64,000 bases of DNA from an uncultured Alphaproteobacteria bacterium (GTDB lineage: Bacteria; Pseudomonadota; Alphaproteobacteria; HIMB59; GCA-002718135): assembly GCA_902595425.1 (NCBI GenBank), contig CACJPV010000003.1, positions 78,401 through 142,400 of the forward strand, given 5' to 3'. Below are positions 60,687-64,000 of this stretch, one piece after another (the stretch's first letter is position 1; each line of letters starts with the position of its first letter). The notes under the pieces are model-generated. The model was not told the origin of the DNA. It saw only the letters and a program-made list of their open reading frames with translations, and made no database searches. Position numbers and translations under genes: made by a program.

Positions 60687-61245
60687 TTTTTTTATAATAT
60701 TTTTTTTAATTTTTTTTTCATTTAAATTACCTGCAGAAAACGAGATATTAAAATTAATCGATTATAATCAAAGCCTAAAAAACAGCTCCGTTCTTATTCT
60801 TCAAACAAGCGAAGGAAGTATAAGTGAGGGGACAATGTTTTTTGGCGAAGAAAGAATAAGAGTTGATTATTCGAGCCCAAACAAAATCACCATAATAATG
60901 TCAGAAAAAAAAGGCGCTTATATTAATCATACACTTCAAGAAACTCAGTTTTTTAATACAAGAAAAAGCTATGTTAGGTTTTTTTTTAATTTATTAAACA
61001 ATAACGCTTTTATTAATCAATCAGAAATATCTATCTTTAAAGACACTATTGGAATTAAATCGGTCATAGAAGTTGATGAAAGCCTTTACAATATAAATAT
61101 TGTTTATGAAAACGAACCAATAAAGTTAAGAAAAATAGAAATTACTAATGGAGAAAATAAAATAACTATTGGGCTTTTTAACCACACAGTAAATAAACAG
61201 TACAAAGAAGAATTTTTTTCAATGATAGACCCCTATCTTAAATAG
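60652..61245 (+). CDS. lolA: LolA family outer-membrane lipoprotein carrier
   Basis: Signal peptide, G.M.....R.DY..P pattern, ftsK-lolA synteny. Confidence 0.75.
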   Translation: MLEKDKYLKKINFFIIFFLIFFSFKLPAENEILKLIDYNQSLKNSSVLILQTSEGSISEGTMFFGEERIRVDYSSPNKITIIMSEKKGAYINHTLQETQFFNTRKSYVRFFFNLLNNNAFINQSEISIFKDTIGIKSVIEVDESLYNINIVYENEPIKLRKIEITNGENKITIGLFNHTVNKQYKEEFFSMIDPYLK

Positions 61246-61845
61246 TTATTTTAAATAAATTGTATCTTCTTTGGAGGTAATTTCAATAACACTGCATATA
61301 TTTAAAAATTTTTTTCTTATTCTTGTAAGGTGGGTTTCTATTGTTTTTGTCTCAATATCTTTTTTAATTTTTAAAACCTTTTCTAAAAGAAAGTCCTTTT
61401 TTGATTGAGTGTTTTTAAACAAGACAAAACAAATATCCTTTTCAAGAGGGGTTAAATACTCTGAAAAGCCATTATCTATGTTTATAATTTTGTCGTTTTG
61501 GATTTTAACATCTCTAAAAAATATAAGCTTTGATAAAAAAGAGGTCGTAACCTCATCATAAAATTTTTTTGTATTAATGTTTGCATAAATCTCTTTAGAG
61601 CACGGATGCTTTTTCATTAAAGCGTCGTTTTTTTTTGAATTAAAAATAATAACATTGTTTTTTAAAAAAAAATGTTCATTTAAAAAATTTAAATTATCTT
61701 CTAAAACTAAAAGTATGTTTTTGTTGGTAAGACCAGCACTTGTTATTTCATTTTCATAAATTCTTTTAATTTCATACTCCTTAAAAAGCTCCTTAATAAT
61801 ATTGTAAAGTGATGTTTTAGAATATAAATAAATTTTACTCTTCAT
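61246..61845 (-). CDS. OmpR-type winged-helix protein with degenerate receiver domain
   Basis: LTPLEKDI...L and ETKTIETHLTRIRKK; no recognisable phosphoacceptor pocket. Confidence 0.75.
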   Translation of the reverse strand: MKSKIYLYSKTSLYNIIKELFKEYEIKRIYENEITSAGLTNKNILLVLEDNLNFLNEHFFLKNNVIIFNSKKNDALMKKHPCSKEIYANINTKKFYDEVTTSFLSKLIFFRDVKIQNDKIINIDNGFSEYLTPLEKDICFVLFKNTQSKKDFLLEKVLKIKKDIETKTIETHLTRIRKKFLNICSVIEITSKEDTIYLK

Positions 61846-62480
61846 TTTCGTTTTCCAAACAGTATAGTCCCAAGCCTAATATATTGAGGGTTAAATTCAA
61901 TTGCCTTAAGATAGTCCGAGCTCATTCCAATACTTGGACGACCCACCCCTAGGTCGTTTGATAAATCACATATTAATTTAAAGTGATTTCTTGGGTCTTC
62001 GTTAATTGGTGGAATACACATTAACCCTGCTATGTTCTGTAAATCATATGACTTACAGAGATTTAAAAAATTTTTTGCATCTTCAGGAAATACACCGCTT
62101 TTAGTACTTTCTTTGCCAGTATTTACTTGAATAAAAAAAGTTTTATCTTTTGTTTTGTCTCTGTGCTTTACAAACTCTTTTAAAAGATTTTCTCTGTCAA
62201 GGGTATGAAAAACATCAAAGAGCTCCAAGGCTTGTTTAACTTTGTTAGTTTGTAAGGGTCCTGTTAGGTGAAGCCTAATATTTTTGTGTTCTTTTATAAT
62301 AGTATTAAATTTTAGATTAGCCTCTTGCACTCTATTTTCTCCAAAAATTCCTACACCAAAATTTAATGCCTCTTTTACAGACTCTTGGGTTTGGTTTTTT
62401 GAAATAGCTATAATTTTTGTTTGTTTTCCGGCTTTTTTTATAATTTCTTGTATTTCAAAATATTTTTCAAAATTAAACAT
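61842..62480 (-). CDS. yggS: PLP homeostasis protein YggS
   Basis: IAISK, FGENRVQEA, GPLQTNK, GLMCIPP, GMSSDY, RLGT.LFG.R. Confidence 0.95.
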   Translation of the reverse strand: MFNFEKYFEIQEIIKKAGKQTKIIAISKNQTQESVKEALNFGVGIFGENRVQEANLKFNTIIKEHKNIRLHLTGPLQTNKVKQALELFDVFHTLDRENLLKEFVKHRDKTKDKTFFIQVNTGKESTKSGVFPEDAKNFLNLCKSYDLQNIAGLMCIPPINEDPRNHFKLICDLSNDLGVGRPSIGMSSDYLKAIEFNPQYIRLGTILFGKRK

Positions 62481-62634
62481 GCTCTATTGTTGTATTTATA
62501 CAACACCTTATCAAAAACTTACAAAATCATTACGCTTTTTTTGTACTTTTTTCAAATTTTTAATATTTATGCTTCTAATGAAAGATAAGCCTTTCATTAA
62601 TTAATGAATATTCATTAACTCAAAAGGAGTAATT

Positions 62635-63687
62635 ATGAAAAAAGAACTATTAATGGCTTCTGCTCTAGTATCAACTCTTGGTGTGGCTTCTGTCGCACAA
62701 GCAGTAACAGCTACTATGGCTGGAAGCATGAAAATCGGTGTTGAGTTTGAAAGCGCTGATGATGCATCTACGGATACAAATAATGTTAAAGATCAATCTA
62801 ATTTTAACATTTCTCTAAGTGAAACTACAGATGCTGGTACTACTATCTCTACTAGCTTTGAGATCGTTGATGAAGGAACTGTTGCAGCTGATGATGACAA
62901 CGCTCTTAAATTAACTTTCACTGATGGTTCAGCTCTTGAACTATTAAATGCTGGTTCAGCAGCTGGTACTCACGCTGTGTCTGTACCTGGTGCTTCTGGT
63001 GAGCAAGGTGTTGGTGGAACTTCTACTAACAACGCTCCAACTGGCGTTAGCTTTTCTGCACCTTCAACTGTACTTGGTGTTGAGTGGCATTCTGCTGCTG
63101 ACTTCATGGCTGACGGTTTAAAAGTTTCTGCTTCTATAAGCACAGACGACGGAACAGCTAAAGGCGCAACTCCTAGAACTGAAAATGCTTGGGGTGTTGG
63201 TGCTACTTACGTAACAACTGCTGGTGATACTACAGTAACTATTGGTGGTGGTTACGGTTCAGGTGAAACTGCTAAGACTGGTACTCAAGGCCCAGATCCA
63301 GAAAACTTTAACATTGGTGTATCTGCTGTAACTGGAGACCTTACTGTGGGTGTTGCTTTCGGTGATGGTGACCAAGTTAACGATGAAGGCGGTTCTTCAT
63401 ACGAGCAAGTTGATGGTAGTGTTGTAACAGCTGGAATTAAATATGTAACTGGCGATATTACTTTAGCTATGGGAGCAACTGCTGGTGAAGCTAAAGATAG
63501 TACTACTATTGGTACTGCAGGAACAACTGATGACTCTGTTGACTCAGTAAGCGCAAGTGTAACTTACTCAGTTGCATCTGGTGTATCTGCTGTTCTAGGC
63601 TATACTACTGTTGATAGAAACAACGAAGGTGCTGCTAGTACTGACGATGGTTCTGCTTGGTACGTTGGCGCAACTATGTCATTCTAA
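62635..63687 (+). CDS. Major outer membrane porin
   Basis: Signal peptide, Gly/Thr/Ala/Asp-rich beta-strand pattern, C-terminal Phe, strong codon bias, AAGGAG SD, terminator. Confidence 0.88.
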   Translation: MKKELLMASALVSTLGVASVAQAVTATMAGSMKIGVEFESADDASTDTNNVKDQSNFNISLSETTDAGTTISTSFEIVDEGTVAADDDNALKLTFTDGSALELLNAGSAAGTHAVSVPGASGEQGVGGTSTNNAPTGVSFSAPSTVLGVEWHSAADFMADGLKVSASISTDDGTAKGATPRTENAWGVGATYVTTAGDTTVTIGGGYGSGETAKTGTQGPDPENFNIGVSAVTGDLTVGVAFGDGDQVNDEGGSSYEQVDGSVVTAGIKYVTGDITLAMGATAGEAKDSTTIGTAGTTDDSVDSVSASVTYSVASGVSAVLGYTTVDRNNEGAASTDDGSAWYVGATMSF

Positions 63688-63709
63688 TCTAAGATTAGTC
63701 TAATTTAAT

Positions 63710-63742
63710 AAAACGGCACTTTTTTAAAGTGCCGTTTTTTTT
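63710..63742 (+). terminator. Intrinsic terminator after porin
   Basis: AAAACGGCACTTT-TTT-AAAGTGCCGTTTT plus T tract. Confidence 0.9.
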
Positions 63743-63782
63743 ATGTTTTACTTTTGTCCATCAATGGAATATCAATCAAAAA

Positions 63783-64000
63783 ATGTTAAATAAATTAATA
63801 ATTGTATTTAGTTTGGCAATGCTGCTTGTGGGCTGTAATAAAAATCTCACTGATGAAGAAAAAAAAGAAATGTGGTCAAAAGCACAAACTGAGGGTGAGA
63901 TCATAAGAAGATCAGGGACTCCTTTTAACCTGGCAACTGACCGTGAGCTTGCTTTAGCTGACGCCGAAAACAGGCTTATTACAGGCGGTGGCCTATTAGG
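63783..64000 (+). CDS. Lipoprotein (DUF3576-like by synteny), truncated by window edge
   Basis: MLNKLIIVFSLAMLLVGC lipobox; frame open to the end of the window; yggS/porin/DUF3576/leuS order is typical of alphaproteobacteria. Confidence 0.65.
   Translation, partial: MLNKLIIVFSLAMLLVGCNKNLTDEEKKEMWSKAQTEGEIIRRSGTPFNLATDRELALADAENRLITGGGLL

Noticed and set aside
2055-62604. Many short antisense or nested ORFs in the track (for example 2055-2270, 16394-16717, 25649-25954, 41172-41564, 62284-62604)
   Set aside because: They lie largely within well-supported genes and have no SD or recognisable motifs

Overview
AT-rich, streamlined marine alphaproteobacterial chromosome (SAR11/HIMB59-like; inferred from composition and gene content). 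Most of the window is densely packed housekeeping genes: mtaB-ftsY-yciB, pgk, gcrA, panB, dusA, rpoH2-carD-fdxA, acnA, ccmABCDEFGH, folD, argG, rpoE-chrR, tsaD, acs, tdk, purH, ftsK-lolA, yggS and a porin, with several glycosyltransferase-like genes scattered among them. The standout region is 51737-55224. An intact tRNA-Gly(GCC) is followed by three displaced copies of its 3' half or anticodon arm, which delimit three tandem mini-elements with no integrase. Each element has its own 11-bp-periodic direct-repeat motif: TGTCACA and TTGGAC pairs at both ends of elements 1 and 2, and a single AGTGCCGA pair in element 3. Element 1 carries four membrane-associated genes, including an unannotated 32-aa peptide and a TM-anchored PLD/HKD protein. 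Element 2 carries a SAM-II-like riboswitch in front of one 62-aa orphan ORF. Element 3 is empty, and its spacing fits collapse between its two motif pairs. Also found outside the ORF track: a 59-aa histone-H1-like Lys/Ala/Pro protein, ccmD, and a putative RpoE promoter upstream of rpoH2. All calls come from reading the sequence by eye; no database searches were run.
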